From positions 77,737,003 through 77,801,002 of the forward strand of contig NC_068981.1 of NCBI RefSeq assembly GCF_001194135.2: DNA of 64,000 nt, read 5' to 3'. A program made the position numbers and the translations under genes. This document shows, piece by piece, positions 62,471 to 64,000 of this stretch; the stretch's first letter is position 1; every line of letters begins with the position of its first letter. The stretch is from Octopus bimaculoides. Its lineage: Eukaryota. The notes beneath the pieces are model-generated. The model did no database searches and was not told the DNA's origin. It saw only the letters and a list, made by a program, of their open reading frames with translations.

Positions 62471-64000
62471 ATATACTTACAATGTATATTAAATTCCAAG
62501 CAAGCAAATTCGACAGCTCTCTTTTTATGGTGCTAGCAGCTATCTCGAGATCTCATGAATGTTATACAAAATTTCACCCTTATCTTTTATAAAATACATG
62601 GTTTTGCCTTTAAGTCAAGAACGCACGTATTCAGAAATCGAAGCCACTACAGCCAGACTTGTTAATAACCCACTCGCTCCGTTAGACAAGTTATCTGCCA
62701 ACTAATAAGTGAAAATCATCTTTCCCTTCTATTTGTTTGTGACAAATATTTTTGTTTCTTTGAGTCTATTATGCAGTTTCATATACACACCAATTTAAAA
62801 TAGTTATTAACAACGAGGGTTTTTTGTTGTATATTTATATATTTATTTATTATTTATTTCTTTATTCTCGTGCTTAAGAAGATGCTCTGTCTAGCTTCCG
62901 TTCGCGAGCAGAAACATTTGTTTTTAATTTTTCATATTCATTCGCCAACCCACATACACGCGTATAAATTACGCTGCAAGTACAGACCTGCACATGCACC
63001 ACACACACCATACGCTTACTCGCACGCATACACAACACACAAAACATACAACACATACACATATTGATATTTTTACGTTGAGAAACACAACATTGATAAA
63101 TAGGTTGTAATAAAAATGTATATTAATGTTTTTCGAGACGTCGGGAAATTAAATGACTCAAGGATAAAAGAAATATAATATCTACGGTGTTTGCATTTCT
63201 TTACCTTTGAAGTTGAACAAAATGAATTCGTCACTTAGAATCGCTATACTCTGTCACTTTTCCCAGGAAAAGCATGAATTCCACTACACCCAAGTTCGTT
63301 TTCTCTCATAAATCAGAAGCATGTGACAGAAGTAAAGAAATTATTTTCATTATAATAATGGTTTCATTATTATTAAACATAAATGTTAAAAGTTTTGTAT
63401 TTTTTCTCTTACTTTTAGGAATTCAGAAGTTTAAACTTATTTTTCCAAACGAAGGATAAAATAAGCTGTTGTTTTTATTGCAGTTGTTGTTTAGCTCCAT
63501 CTCCGATCCGATCTGGCTGACTTATTATATTAAAGGTATTATCTTTTCGACTTTTATTTTATCTGAAAATACTACATTGTTCAATATTCTTCCTTCTTTT
63601 AATATGGTGTGACTGTGTAATGAGGGAGATTTAGCTGCAATGTCTAGCCTGTTTGACGATCTGCAGAGACTTTTGTTGTTTAGTCCCAAATCAATCTTCA
63701 TCTTGTAGACGTATAATCAAAAGTATTCCTGCCATGACCGCTACGTCTTTTATATTTTCCAATGTGTATTTTTCTCTTTTAAGTCAAATAGAGTTTGATT
63801 TGAGGCTGATTCGGTTAGAATTTCTTGCAGGTTAAGCGATCAGGTAAAGGATTAAAATCGTACTGCAAACTTCACACATCGAAAGCTAAACCCTTGCTTT
63901 ACGGAACTTCTCAACATTAGCTTTAGTCCGGTTGAGGGCAAGCAGCGGCCTGCGGAGTTTTTGAATGGCACGCCTAACAAAAATTTACCTTGAAATTTTT

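Noticed and set aside
63860-64000. Short minus-strand open frame RRAIQKLRRPLLALNRTKANVEKFRKAR
   Set aside because: Too short, at the window edge, and with no recognisable family.

Overview
AT-rich, microsatellite-dense eukaryotic DNA with six N-gaps and no complete host gene, so probably intergenic or a very large intron. The SINE families match those I recall from octopus genomes; this taxon assignment is an inference. Transposon content: (1) a full-length Buster-type hAT with TIRs and an 8-bp TSD (50673-53428); (2) a near-full-length mariner relic; (3) two divergent R4/Dong-like restriction-endonuclease non-LTR elements, each sitting in (ACAT)n, plus an older third fragment; (4) a Penelope-like element (PLE) followed by a ~300-bp inverted repeat with a minimal type I hammerhead ribozyme motif in each arm; (5) decayed RTE, CR1/L2-like, Gypsy and Helitron fragments; (6) dozens of tRNA-derived SINEs. 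The best leads are the inverted hammerhead pair, the apparent (ACAT)n targeting of the R4/Dong-like elements, and an unclassified repeat at 22.9-23.7 kb. That repeat has three 60-bp E-box units, a correctly spaced TATA/Inr pair and a duplicated structured RNA-like module that recurs at 57.1-57.4 kb. One candidate host exon lies at 22274-22374. All translations, alignments and folds were done by eye, and the ends of decayed elements are approximate.
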